NCBI GenBank assembly: GCA_964036045.1
Contig: OZ038378.1
Span: 174,220,001-174,284,000 of the forward strand
DNA: 64,000 bases
Reading direction: 5' to 3'
From: Eutreptiella sp. 'Long Island Sound 2002'
Taxonomy: Eukaryota; Protista; Euglenida
Position 1 is the first letter of the stretch, and each line of letters opens with the position of its first letter. The notes beneath the pieces were generated by a model. It was not told the origin of the DNA, searched no databases, and saw only the letters and a list, made by a program, of their open reading frames with translations. Positions 12,569-25,300 of the stretch are shown here, one piece after another. Both the position numbers and the translations under genes were made by a program.

Positions 12569-13199
12569 TGCAAACAAATAGACGAGCACAACGCAAAGTC
12601 CAAATGTCAATCTCCTCATCAGTTGGCAAGTCAAACAAGACAAAGCATGTTCAGCGCCAATAGGCTCCTTTCCATGTGGACAGACACACAGCAGAACTGG
12701 TCAGCCGACCTGCAAAGCAAGAATGGCGAGGCGCAACCTCTCTTGTAGAGCTGTCACGAAGCATGACGATGTCACGGCAATCACATGAGATGCAAACTGG
12801 GATCCATGTGCACTATGCCACGTATGCGTGTGATCACGAACATTCACACCATTGCAGGTGATGGATCGGTTCTATGCAAACCCCCTCCCACATCACCGCG
12901 CCTCCAAGGATTGTGGTGGCATCTATTCAACCTAGATTCACCAGGCAAATCATGAAAGAAAAGTACACCATCATTGGTGCACCACATACACACACACACA
13001 CACACGTTGAACAGTCAGCCGGACCTGCAGAGGCACCACTCTATCGTGTAGAGCTGACCACATTGATTGCCTTGCATTTTGGGGTGCCCGCCATTGCAGG
13101 TGTTGTGTAGCCAATAGGATTTCGCTCCACCATGGGCGCTCCACGAAGGCGGCAGTTATGTAGCCACATTGATTGCTTACCACGTTGAGGACCCCGAGA

Positions 13200-14050
13200 T
13201 GGCTGGTGCTATGTAGTCGAATCGATTGCTCTCACATTCGGCCATGCATCTGAGTTAGTTTGGAGTGTGCACCACATGCATTCACGACTAGATAGAGCGG
13301 GTAAAGCAAACCGGTGGGGTTTTTGCTTTGTTGCCCATGAAGAGCTAACTGCAATTGTAAAACAGGAATTGACACGAAATAATGGATGCTTCCGTGTCGG
13401 TAAGGTATGGTGCACCGAGTGTCTTCCAATGCGCGGGACATTTTCCACCCTAGAAGCGGATCTACACTCCGTGTGGGGTGCATATGTAGAAAGGAATGCA
13501 TTTCACCCGTTGGGCCGGCTAGAAATCAATCTTGAAGACTTGCCCAGGTGGCACACGACCTTTGGCTGTGTGACTTTGTGCTAGTTCAAGGATAATATTT
13601 TGTTTGCTACAGATGCACAACCACAAGATAGGGCAGAGGTTGTAGAGCAAGTCAAACATGTGCTGAAGGGTTGGTTGAATGCAGCTGTATCACTAAAGAG
13701 GTCACAACATGTGCAGGGTGTTGTGGACCGGTGACAAAAGCAGTGGGTGTGGTTATGGTATTGGCAGGCGAGGGAGGGGCCATGGCATTTGCAGAACCAG
13801 CTGCACTAACCATCGATTGGGATCTGAAGTTAGGAGCACCACTAATCAGCCCACATAGTTCCTATCAATGGTGCCTGTGATCCATTTTCACGGGAGCGTT
13901 GAAGAAAAACCTACCATGGGCGTGCATTTGGTTGTCACAAATATTTGGTGCTAGTGCGTGGCTATATATACAGGTGATATTGCTGTCAAGGTTCCGGAGA
14001 ACAGAGGCCATGAGGGCTTTGCATAGAGCTGTCACCAGAGCATACACTGG
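13200..14050 (+). pseudogene. Decayed Penelope-like RT remnant (motif B to C-terminus)
   Basis: CFRVGKVWCTECLPMRGTFSTLEADL resembles F..G..Y.Q..G.PMG..S..ADL. It is followed by *FKDNILF at the YxDD position, then frameshifted coding-like sequence ending AMRALHRAVTRAY. Confidence 0.5.
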
Positions 14051-14119
14051 ATCTGCAGCAAAATGAGTATTCTAGGACCCACAAATACCATCAACGGTCA
14101 GTGTATGCGGAAGGATGTG

Positions 14120-14590
14120 GGACGAGTACAATCTATTAGCCCAGTAGGCATGCCTTTTTCAACTATCTCCCCACTATCGCACCCGATTGGCACCGTTTCA
14201 TGGGCATTCTGTGGGATAAATGATGAAAACATTTATAGGTGGCGCTTCGTGAGCCAATCAGTGCATGTGGTTAAATGATCGCATCTCGTTTGAGGCTGGA
14301 TATTGTTGAACCGCTCTTTGCAGTCCAGCGTAGCAATGGCTGTCATCCCCGATCTCCCACACCAGTGTTAGCAATCTGCCATATCCGATGCCCATAGTCG
14401 TAGAAAACTTGTTCGAGTTTCAGTCACCAAATATTGCCGTAAACGCATGAATGCTCTGACACAGACCTTCAATTTGGACTGAGAAATAATTGGAGTGGGG
14501 GATGCAATAATGGGACGCCAGAGCCACCCTTTGTTGGACCACAGACTTTTGGCTTTGCCAATAACATACATCCTGGCTATCATGGCCTTT
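14120..14590 (-). pseudogene. Second decayed Penelope-like RT remnant (N-terminal motifs)
   Basis: In order across frames: MYVIGKAK...WLWRPIIA (Y.LPK.HK..RPI-like), AIATLDCKERFNNIQP (motif A-like) and VEKGMPTG (motif B-like). Confidence 0.5.
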
Positions 14591-15194
14591 GAATTCTGAG
14601 GGAAGGATAGGTGTTTGACATTGCAACCAACATTCTACATATATTCAGTAACTATCTGGCGGGTTGGGGTGTAGCCACCTTCCTTCATAGGATATTGAAA
14701 GGCACACAACCCAGCGGAGACAACATTCTCAGTAAAATTGTGTATTAAATGTGTGTTGGTCCTGTCTTTGGCGGATAGCTCAAAAAGTGCCCAGGCATGA
14801 GGTTTTCCCTTTTCATCGCCTGTGGAGACCACCTTTTTTGATGTCGTGTATGGTGTGTAATCTGCTTGTGGGGCTAAAACACAAACAGGGGTCTCTTGGT
14901 GTGCAATGGGGAGCACATGCAGGATGGGGGCTGCTCCCTAGAGCCCTAGTTTCTCTAATACCCAAGTGAGCTGAAAAATGCTCTTTCATAATGAATTGTA
15001 AGGTGCGTAGTAAACGAGACCATATGCCACAGCCAGGTATGCAGGTACCTAATAAAAAGAGGGGAAGATACCAGTGGTGCATGGAGCATTATTCACATGC
15101 CTGCATAGTAAACCCTTGGAAGTTCTTGGATGCATGGCGCTGCATTCCAGTGGCTGCTAGGAGACAAGCATAATTGCATGCTGACAAACACACC

Positions 15195-15227
<33 letters not shown>

Positions 15228-16067
15228 CCTCTCTCTCTGTCTCTGGAGAGTGCATCGGCACACTACTCATTGACAGTCCCACCAGATGTGGTCGTCGGTG
15301 CAATTGCGACCGTACAGTGTTCAAGGGCCTCAATATCAGCATTCTATACCCGCGATGTGCTGCTTTTTTCGCAGAAAACAAACCCTTCAGCAGAGACATT
15401 GCGTGCCCCACCCCCCTACACACAGCTGACTAGGCATGGGTTTGCACCAATTGGGCCCTTTCCAGCCCCAAGTGCGCCTCCCAGGGGCCAGTGGGGCTGC
15501 CAGGATTTGGCAAGATTTGAACACCTGTAAAACGGCTGACAGCAACAGCAACAAAACAAAACCTGCAGAATGCCTTCACAACGCTGGAAACAGACCGTCC
15601 TCCTCATCCAACACAGCAGTTCACGTGGCATAGATATTGTGTTTGAATTCCACAGACACACAACGTGGATGCGTTCATACAGTGCCCATTTTTGTGCAGT
15701 GCTCAAGGACACACACACTTGATGGGCCAGAGTGTAGATTTTACTTTAACCTCCATCTCCAGTTGGGAAAGGAAAACTGGTGGTCTTCTGAGTTTTTGAA
15801 AACCCCTCCCCTGCTTGAGCAATCAATGATGCCTCAACAAGAGTGCGTATCCACAAGTTCCGGGGGCTGAAAATATATGAGGCAGAAAACATGACAGATA
15901 AAAGGATGATTATTTTTGGCAAAAAGGGGGTGAGGGTTACACAAGGCGAGAGGATCTCTTCATCATGTTTGAATCCACTAATGTAACGTCTGTACTGGAC
16001 CCAGTGTGTGCCCTTCCCTGTGGCATGCCCTTCAGCTTCGTCAACCAATCCTGAAACAAAGCGCAAC

Positions 16068-16875
16068 CTGAATTCTCCAGAAGTTCGCCAGACAGCCGCT
16101 TAACGGCCCTGTCCAGTTCACTGCGCTCGGCTTCCCACTGATCCCTGTGCACCTGTAGCTCCACCTCTGCCTTCTGGTGCACCTCCTCGAGCTTCTTCTG
16201 TAGTGCTGCAAGGCCCGCCTCCGCCTGCGCCAACTGCTCCGCGCGCTCAGTGGCATGGGCCGTCAGCTTCTCAATCTCCGACTGGGAATCTTGTGCCACG
16301 CGATCCAACTGCTGCTGAACACTGTGGAGCTGCGAGGTCAATGTCTCCACCTTCGCCTCGGCCTGCACCACAGCCTCTGCCTGTGCCGCTACCTGCCCCT
16401 GCAGCTGCACTACCGCCCCTGCATGCTCCTGCACCTGCGCCTCTGCCTCCGCCTGCGCCTGCACAGCCACTGCAACCTTTGCCTGCGCCTGCGCAGCGGC
16501 CTCTGCTTGCGCCGCAGCCCGCGCCTCTGCTTGTGCCTGCGCCTGTGCTGCTGCCGACACGCGCTCATGCGCGTCCTCTACGGCCTGCTGCGCCGCATGC
16601 GCCTGCGCCTCAGCTGCAGCCTGGGCACTGCGGGCAGCTTCCATCTCCTCCTGCGCCTGTACCTTAGCCTGGACAGCTGCGGCTGCATCAGCTTGGGCTT
16701 GTGCGACTTGTGTGGAGGTCTGTTGGGCGGCGTGCGCAGCCTCTGCGCTCTCACGACTGCAGACCTCAGGAGACTGACCGAGTGGGTCCTTGTCTTTCGT
16801 CATCGCTGTCAATTCAGCCACCTGAGTTGCATTTTCATGCACCAACTGTTCGTTTGTGTTCTCCAATGCAGCTAC
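16068..16875 (-). CDS. Large Ala/Gln/Glu-rich coiled-coil exon
   Basis: 808-nt open exon with a heptad-like sequence (VAALENTNEQLVHENATQ...ELLENS). Acceptor cctcaaag|GTA is phase 0 and donor CAG|gttgcg is phase 1. GC3-rich codons. Confidence 0.9.
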
Positions 16876-17029
16876 CTTTGAGGACAGAAACACGGGCCAA
16901 GGGGCATAAAAGAGTGGCCCTGGGTTGCACCGCGCTGGCAGTCCAAACGCCGCCTGGTGCTTCTGCAGTCACTGCACAGGCACTGCACTGCCCCCCCACC
17001 CCCCCGCGTTGAGAAATACCAGGCAGGGC

Positions 17030-17110
17030 ATGACAGTATCCCCACACTCCCGGGGAAACATACCCAAAGTGACGGTATCCCCGCCTCCCAGGGGAAATAC
17101 ACGGGTGGGT
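17030..17110 (+). repeat. Dispersed repeat family (cacac..gggaacatacccaaagtgacgg)
   Basis: The same core occurs at ~40497-40540, with a variant at ~43952-43990. Confidence 0.65.
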
Positions 17111-17828
17111 GTTTTTGTTTTAAACCTGCCCTCTTCACCTCTAACCCAACGGGTGGGCAACCAACCCAATTATCCACGAGAGGAGGATTCCCCTCTCAAA
17201 AGGCGAACAGGTGCACACACCCAGAAGTACCAAGCAGCACACTCTTTCGGCCTTTACAGCACCCCTCCCCCCCCTTGATTGCGAGAGGTGGGCAGCCTGT
17301 TGGGCTACCTAGTAGCTGGGAAAACAATATTTTTACTACATGGGACTGTGAGAGTGGGACAGTTGTCCCGCTACTCACAAGTGCTGCTTCTACCCCTTGG
17401 CATCCCTCCCACACTGGCGCCAGCATGCTCCACACAAAGTCTTTCCCAAGACAGTGAAGTGTGGAGGGGGCTCACCACCACTGTTGTGGGCCCTGCGGTG
17501 GGGCCCAGGACGTTGCAGTGGGTGTTTGTCCAACCAAGGCTCCGCAGTAGGGCTTAGGCAGGGGAGGGGGTACTCTCGTTGCTGCACAGGTAATGCATTG
17601 CCACTGCCAACGCATGCGCTTGCCACTCCCAGTCCACCTGCACAGATGTTGCGGTCCCAGTACCCATCCCTGCCATGTGTCTGCGCCTGAGGCTGCAATG
17701 GCAAGACTGTGCATCAGGGTGGCAGGTGGTTTGCATGGTGTGTGTGGTGTACATGTTTAGTATGTCTTGCCTGCTGTGGACAGGAGCACATTGGCAGGAG
17801 CACATGCAGCCCTGTCCCTACGACACAC

Positions 17829-18547
17829 CTGACGCTTGAGGTCTGCCACCTGCACCTCCAAACCTCGTGACAGTCGCATGGCTGTTGCCAATTTGTTCTC
17901 CAGCTGCTTGCGCTCCCTTTCCCACTTTAGGCCCGGCTCCTGCGGATCCTCAGCGCGCGTATTCGCCTCCTCGGATTTCTCTGGCCGCTTTGCCGGGTGA
18001 CTACCGTCAACGCCCAGGCCCGAGAATGGGTCACCACTGCCCACAAACAATTTAGCATCGGCCACCGAAGGCGAGGTCTCGGGGACCAGTGCCCTCGTGG
18101 GGCTTGGGGCGGGCGATGGAGAAGGTGGCACACCCTCAAACCCCAAGAAGCCAAAAGGGTCCGGGGGGGGGGCCTGCAGCACCGGCTCCATTTCAGCAGG
18201 GGGCGTCACTATCGGCTCCCCGAATGGATCTGTCGGGGCACGGGACAGGGAAGCCTCCGACTGCCTTGCAGGTGGGTCCCCAAACTCCAACCCCATGAAT
18301 GGGTCCAGGGCAGCGTGCCCCCCAATGTCCAGGTCTGCAGACAGCCTCCGCTCCTCCGGCTCATGCTCTGTGGTACATAGGCTCAGCGTGCGGTCCCCAA
18401 GCTGGTGCAAGCGCTGCAGGGCCTGTGCATGCTCGTTAATCAAGTGCTCCCGCTCTGCATCCCACTGTCCCTTCTCCTCTTCGTACCGGGCTGCCAACTC
18501 CGCCAAACGCTCATGCAATGCAGCCTCGGCGTCCGCCAACCTGTCGG
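17829..18547 (-). CDS. Coiled-coil exon with a Pro-rich linker containing four DPF motifs
   Basis: Acceptor ccttctgctcctgccactcacag| (phase 1) and donor CAG|gtgtgt (phase 0). The join to the next exon reads LEVQVADLKRQ|VAALENTNEQL, a continuous coiled coil. Confidence 0.9.
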
Positions 18548-19317
18548 CTGTGAGTGGCAGGAGCAGAAGGGGAAGCAGAGGCAACACAGAACACACAGAG
18601 GCGGAAGAAGGGGCAATGCTCGACCGGGAAAGCAGAGGCACGTCTGATTAAATGGCATCAAGAGGCAGGTCTGGATGGATAAGACAGGCAGTCCTGGAAG
18701 GGCAGGAGGGGCGCAGAGGTGTTTGTGCAATGAACCCATGAAATCATTAGCTTCAGTGTTCTGAAACAAATGCCTCGATGCACCACAACACAAACTGGAT
18801 ACATGAATTCTTGCAAAGCTGTTTACTTTGTATTCCATAATATCAACATGATTGAGCTACTGTTATTGCAGTATTTGGTGTTTCTATTAATGTCTCAAAC
18901 TCACCTGAAGGAGCATTTGGTGCAAGAATGGCTGATTCAAAGCTACTCAGTCTCATCATTTTGATTTTCTAGTCACTGGATCCGAATTGCTTGCTGATAC
19001 CTCCGAAGAATTTCCCCAAAACAAACCACAGAAAGAACATGGGCATGAGCAGCTTCGGTTTAATAGTGCCATTGAGTTGAGAAACATTTGGGAGCAGCAA
19101 ACAATCGCAACAATGATGCAACAAAATTTATCTCACGGCAAAAAAAAATGGGACCACAACAAAAAACTCTTGCAAAATACCCATGGAACAAAATTTCTTG
19201 ACATTGATTTTCTCCAACTGCATGACAGTTAGTAACGGCTGACTGCTGGCAGTTTTCCACAACAAATCACGCAGGCAGAAAAGGACCCCCCCAAGAAGAA
19301 AATGCTGCATGACAAAC

Positions 19318-19556
19318 GGTGGTGTGGCATGGTGTGATGCGATGTGGTATGGTGTGGTGTGGTGTGGTGTGGTGTGGTGTGGTGTGGTGTGGTGTGGTGT
19401 GGTGTGGTGTGGTGTGGTGTGGTGTGGTGTGGTGTGGTGTGGTGTGGTGTGGTGTGGTGTGGTGTGGTGTGGTGTGGTGTGGTGTGGTGTGGTGTGGTGT
19501 GGTGTGGTGTGGTGTGGTGTGGTGTGGTGTGGTGTGGTGTGGTGTGGTGTGGTGTG
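19318..19556 (+). repeat. (TGTGG)n tract 1
   Basis: Perfect from ~19350; the left edge is degenerate. Confidence 0.97.
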
Positions 19557-20540
19557 CCGAAGGCGCTGTTACCAAAGGGCAAAAGGCCGGGATGTCTACC
19601 CACGGGTAAAGGTAAACGGGCTGGGCTGTGTGTGTTGTGTGCGCGCTGTGCGTAAGTGTGTAGGCCTCGGCAGGGGGAGGGGGAGTCGGGGAGACCTGGT
19701 GAGTTCGCCTCTGGCGACCGCGCTTTTTCCAGGAGCTCCCGCTGCACCCCTTCCCTTTCTGCTTGCTGGTGCAGGCGTAGCTCCTGCAACGCCCACGCCA
19801 TCGTGCTGCCCGGGCCCAGGCAGTGCAACTCCTGCAACGCACTGCCGCACTACCTGGGAGCGGCGGGCAGTGCAACTCCTGCAATGCACTGCCTCACTGC
19901 CCGAGGGCAGTGGACAGTGCAACTCCTGCAATGCACTGCCTCACTGTCTGGGGGCAGTGGGCAGTGGAACTGCTGCAATGCACTGCCTCACTGCCCTTGG
20001 GCAGTAGGCAGTGCAACTCCTGCAATGCACTGCCTCACTGCCCTCGGGCAGTAGGCAGTGCAACTCCTGCAATGCACTGCCTCACTGCCTGGGGGCAGTG
20101 GGCAGTGGAACTCCTGCAATGCTCTGCCCCACTGCCTGGGGGCAGTGGGCAGCGCAACTCCTGCAATGCACTGCCTCACTGCCTAGGGGCAGTGGACACT
20201 GTAACTCCCGCAGTACACCGCCTCACTGCCCGGGAGCAGTGAGCAATGCAACTCCCGCGACGCACTGACTCACTGCCTGGGGGCAGTGGGCAGTGGAACT
20301 CCTGCCATACACTGCCTCACTGCCTGGGTACAGTGGGCAGTGCAACTCCTGCAATGCACTGCCTCACTGCCCTCGGGCAGCAGGCAGTGCAACTCTGTCT
20401 ATGCACTGCCTCACTGCCTGGGGGCAGTGGGCAGTGGAATTCCTGCAATGCACTGCCTCACTGGCTGGGGGCAGGGGGCAGCGCAACTCCTGCAATGCCC
20501 TATCTCACTGCCTGGGGGCAGTGGGCAGTGGAACTCCTGC
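19557..20540 (-). mobile_element. Short copy of a putative (CCACA)n-associated element carrying the 47-bp satellite
   Basis: Conserved ~105-bp terminus (19557-19660), nearly identical to 22094-22198. It is followed by a GC-rich segment and ~15 satellite units that run straight into (TGTGG)n tract 2. Confidence 0.6.
19820..20540 (+). repeat. 47-bp satellite, short array
   Basis: Same unit as the 22.4-33.3 kb array. Confidence 0.95.
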
Positions 20541-20605
20541 GTGGTGTGGTGTGGTGTGGTGTGGTGTGGTGTGGTGTGGTGTGGTGTGGTGTGGTGCGGT
20601 GTGGT
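20541..20605 (+). repeat. (TGTGG)n tract 2
   Basis: Read directly. Confidence 0.97.
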
Positions 20606-20609
20606 CCTA

Positions 20610-21800
20610 GGGATGCCGTGCCACTCCACCTACTCGTGCAGCTGAAGGTCCTGCAAGCCTAGGCCATCGTGCTTTGGGCCCCGAACAGGCCTTGATGAGG
20701 CCGACGTGTGCTCTGGCGTGGGCTAGTTCGACCTTCTGTGACTCTGAGAGCACCTACTGGATGAACTCTGTCCCCGTGTCATGTTGTCCAGCTAGCTCCA
20801 TATGCGCGCCCGTAGGGATGGTGTTGTGATGGCCGCCAACCACTGCTCAAGGACTGCGGAGTCCCACAACTAACTTTGCGCCTAGGCCCCACACAGGTGC
20901 TCAGCCATATGTACAAGTGATGCTAGGCCAAGCGCCACTCATAGGACTCCACCGGGCACTCCCATAGGTGCCGGGCCGTCTCCGGGTTGCCTCCACACAG
21001 CAAGGACCGCGTGCATAGTTGCACGTTCTGTGCTCGGAGCGCTCTGCTGGCACCATCATAGTGGGGAGGTTGTGCATGCGATGGGCCACCACGTGCCTCT
21101 GGTAGTCACTGGTAAACCACTCCAGGGGTAGCCCGAGGCCCTGCTGGTAGTTTTGTCCCCACCAGTGCTCATATTGCACCCCAGTCGGGACATCCGCCTG
21201 TTCCAAAGCCACTCGTGCAGGTCTGTTGGGGTAGTTGCAGTGGCGGTAGATAAGCGCAGGGGCGGCACAACATCCAAGTGAGGTGCACCTATGGATCCTC
21301 CTTGGTTGCGTCGTCCACCCGCACGTTGATGGTGGTGATCTGGTGCGAAGGCGTGACCACAATGGTGATTGCGGCCTTTGGGGTCAAGCGCTTGGCTTGC
21401 AAAGTATGCACATACAAGCAATCTATGCCATCCCTGCGGTGCTTGGACTCCTCATAGGTGCATAGGGCGCCTACGGCGGACTCTAAGTCCGGGACGACCC
21501 AACATGCCCTTCCACGGCGCCAGTTGGCAGACACAAAGCAGCAGGGTCATTGCCTCACCGTCGTGCAAGGTTCCCACTCCCAAGGCTACGTGGGGTTGCA
21601 TTGCCCATGTGCTTGCTCATACGCAAGCGCCATCGCCATCCTTGCGGGGACAGTGCCCGCGTCACTACGATGGCCCCTCGGATCATAGCAAGTGGCAGCA
21701 AGTCGTGGAACCAGATATTTGGCTCTGTACATGGTTGTAGATACAAAGGTGCCGATGTAGATCCTCGGTGAGGATATAGTGTGGTGTTGCCCCCGCAAGT
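20610..21800 (-). pseudogene. Decayed coding remnant, possibly the C-terminal part of a non-LTR retroelement ORF
   Basis: Protein-like minus-strand fragments in consecutive frames (YVHTLQAKRLTPKAAITIVVTPSHQITTINVRVDD; WWGQNYQQGLGLPLEW, which resembles the GGLGLP motif). No unambiguous catalytic motif. Confidence 0.3.
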
Positions 21801-22007
21801 GCATGGGTCTACATGGCCGGGTTCAACTATGATGGTAGTGCATCCACAACATGCAGGGCCATGTAAGGGCCCCTTGTTGGGGTGCCCTAGGCAGCTATGT
21901 GTCAGGCACCGGGCCAGGGACTTGAAACGCGGAACAGCCCCAGTCTGAAGTTCGATCCACGGCTCTGGCGGCTCCGCACTGGTGACTTTGAGTACGGTGT
22001 GCTATGC

Positions 22008-22093
22008 GGTGTGGTGTGGTGTGGTGTGGTGTGGTGTGGTGTGGTGTGGTGTGGTGTGGTGTGGTGTGGTGTGGTGTGGTGTGGTGTGGTGTG
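22008..22093 (+). repeat. (TGTGG)n tract 3
   Basis: Read directly. Confidence 0.97.
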
Positions 22094-22399
22094 CCGAAGG
22101 CGCTGTTACCAAATGGCAAAGGCCTGGATGTCTACCCACGGGTACAGGTAAACGGGCTGGGCTGTGTGTGTTGTGTGCGCGCTGTGCGTAAGTGTGTTGT
22201 GGCATAGCCGGACCAGTGCACTCTCGCACTTGGCCGACACTGCCTTGCCGACGCCTGCGCGCAGTCACACAGGGTCTCATTTGCCCACTGCACCCTGCGT
22301 GCCGCGCTGCACCACCAGTGCCTTCTGTGTGGTGCCGCACTGCTTGGTGCTCTGCACTACACTACACTGTGTGTGCCCTGCTGCACTGTTGTTGTGGGC

Positions 22400-25300
22400 A
22401 GAGGGCAGTGGGCAGTGTAACGCGCTGGTAGGCAGCCTGGGGGCTGTGGGCAGTGGAAATCGTGCGTCGCATTGCCGCATTGCCTGAGGGCAGTGGGGAG
22501 TGGTACTCCCGCCGCTCACTGCCTCCCTCCCTTGGGGCAGTGGGCCAGGCATCTCCTGCAATACACTGCCGCCCTGCCTTGGGCAGTGGGCAGTGGTACT
22601 CCTGCGACACACTGCGCCACGGCCTGGGGCCAGTGGGCAGTGGACCTCCTGCAACGCACTGCCTCACTGCCTGGGGGGAGTGGGCAGTGGGACTTTTGCA
22701 ATGCGCTGCTCCACTGCCTGGGGGCAGGGGGCAGTGGTTCTCCTGCAATGCACTGCCTCACTGCCCGGGGGCAGTGGGCAGATGAACTCCTGCAATAGAC
22801 TGTCCCACTGCCTGGAGGCAGTGGGCAGTGGACCTTCCGCAATGCACTGCCCCACTGCCTGGGTGCAGTGGGCAGTGGAACTCCTGCTGTACACTGCCTC
22901 ACTGCCTGGGGGCAGTGGGCAGTGGACCTCCTGCAATACACTACCTCACTGCCCGGGGGCAACGGGCAGCGGACCTCCTGCAATACACTGCCCCACTGCC
23001 CTGGGGGCAGTGGGCAGTGGACCTCCTGCAATGCACTGCCTCAGCGCGTGGGGGCAGTGGGCAGTGGAACTCCTGCAATCCACTGCCTCACTGCCTGGGG
23101 GCAGTGGGCAGCGCAACTCCTGCAATCCACTGCCGCACTGCTTGGGGGCAGTGGGCAATGCAACTCCGGCAATACACTGCCTCACTGCCTTGGGGCAGTG
23201 GGCAGTGGAATTCCTGTAATGCACTGCCTCACGCAGTGGGCAGTGGAACTCCCGCAATACATTGCCTCATTGCTTGGGGGCAGCGGGCAGTGCACATCCC
23301 CCAATGCACTGCCCCCATGCCTGGGGGCAGGGGGCAGTGGACTTCCTGCAATACACTGCCTCACTGCCTGGGGGCAGTGGGCAGTGGACCTCCTGCAATA
23401 CACTGCCTCACTGCCTGGGGGCAGTGGGCAGTGGACCTCCTGCAATACACTGCCTCACTGCCTGGGCGCAGTGGGCAGTGGACCTCCTTCAATGCACTGC
23501 CCCACTGCCTGGGGGCAGTGGGCAGTGGACCTCCTGCAACACACTGCCTCACTGCCTGGGGGCAGTGGGCAGTGGACCTCCTTCAATGCACTGCCCCACT
23601 GCCGGGGGGCAGTGGGCAGTGGAACCCCTGCAATGCACTGCCTCACTGCCTGGGGGCAGTGGGCAGTGCAACTCCTGCAATGCACTGCCTCACTGCCCTG
23701 GGGCAGTTGGCAGTGCAACTCCTGCAATGCACTGCCTCACTGCCCTGGGGCAGTGGGCAGTGCAACTCCTGCAATGCACTGCCTCACCGCTTGGGGGCAG
23801 TGGGCAGTGCAACTCCTGCAATGCACTGCCTCACTGCCTGGGGGCAGTGGACAGTGCAGCTTCTGCAATGCACTGCCTCACTGCCCTGGGGCAGTGGGCA
23901 GTGGAACTCTTGCAATACACTGCCGCACTGCCTGGGGGCAGTGGGCAGTGCAACCTCTGCAATGCACTGCCTCACTGCCCTGGGGCAGTTGGCAGTGCAA
24001 CTCCTGCAATGCACTGCCTCACTGCCTGGGGGCAGTGGACAGTGCAGCTTCTGCAATGCACTGCCTCACTGCCCTGGGGCAGTGGGCAGTGGAACTCTTG
24101 CAATGCACTACCCCACTGCCTGGGGGCAGTGGGCAGTGCAACTTCTGCAATGCACTGCCTCACTGCCCTGGGGCAGTGGGCAGTGGAACTTCTGCAATGC
24201 ACTGCCTCACCCCCCTGGGGCAGTTGGCAGTGCAACTCCTGCAATGCACTGCCTCACTGCCTGGGGGCAGTGGACAGTGCAAATCCTGCAACGCACTGCC
24301 TCACTGCCCGGGGGCAGTGGACAGTGCAACTCCTGCAATGCACTGCCCCACTGCCTGGGGGCAGTGGGCAGTGCAACTCCTGCAATGCACTGCCTCACTG
24401 CCTGGGGGCAGTGGGCAGTGGAACTGCTGCAATGCACTGCCTCACTGCCCTGGGGCAGTTGGCAGTGCAACTCCTGCAATGCACTGCCTCACTGCCCTGG
24501 GGCAGTGGGCAGTGCAACTCCTGCAATGCACTGCCTCACTGCCCTGGGGCAGTGGGCAGTGCAACTCCTGCAATGCACTGCCTCACTGCCTGGGGGCAGT
24601 GGACAGTGCAGCTTCTGCAATGCACTGCCTCACTGCCCTGGGGCAGTGGGCAGTGGAACTCTTGCAATGCACTACCCCACTGCCTGGGGGCAGTGGGCAG
24701 TGCAACTTCTGCAATGCACTGCCTCACTGCCCTGGGGCAGTTGGCAGTGCAACTCCTGCAATGCACTGCCTCACTGCCTGGGGGCAGTGGACAGTGCAGC
24801 TTCTGCAATGCACTGCCTCACTGCCCTGGGGCAGTGGGCAGTGGAACTCTTGCAATGCACTACCCCACTGCCTGGGGGCAGTGGGCAGTGCAACTTCTGC
24901 AATGCACTGCCTCACTGCCCTGGGGCAGTGGGCAGTGCAATTCCTGCAATGCACTGCCTCACTGCCCTGGGGCAGTGGGCAGTGGAACTCCTGCAATGCA
25001 CTACCCCACTGCCTGGGGGCAGTGGGCAGTGCAACTTCTGCAATGAACTGCCTCACTGCCCTGGGGCAGTTGGCAGTGCAACTCCTGCAATGCACTGCCT
25101 CACTGCCTGGGGGCAGTGGACAGTGCAACTCCTGCAATGCACTGCCTCACTGCTTGCAGGCAGTGGACAGTGCAACTCCTGCAATGCACTGCCTCACTGC
25201 CTGGGGGCAGTGGGCAGTGGAACTCCTGCAATGCACCGCCTCACTGCCAGGGGGCAGTGGGCAGTGGAACTCCCGCAATGCACTGCTTCACTGCCTGGGG

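Noticed and set aside
16203-18651. Plus-strand ORFs at 16203-16881 and 17997-18651
   Set aside because: These are antisense shadows of GC-rich minus-strand exons.
19655-19820. Exon of the coiled-coil gene (ELRLHQQAEREGVQRELLEK)
   Set aside because: It lies inside the repeat element between the conserved terminus and the satellite, and lacks convincing acceptor and donor sites. It cannot be fully excluded without RNA data.
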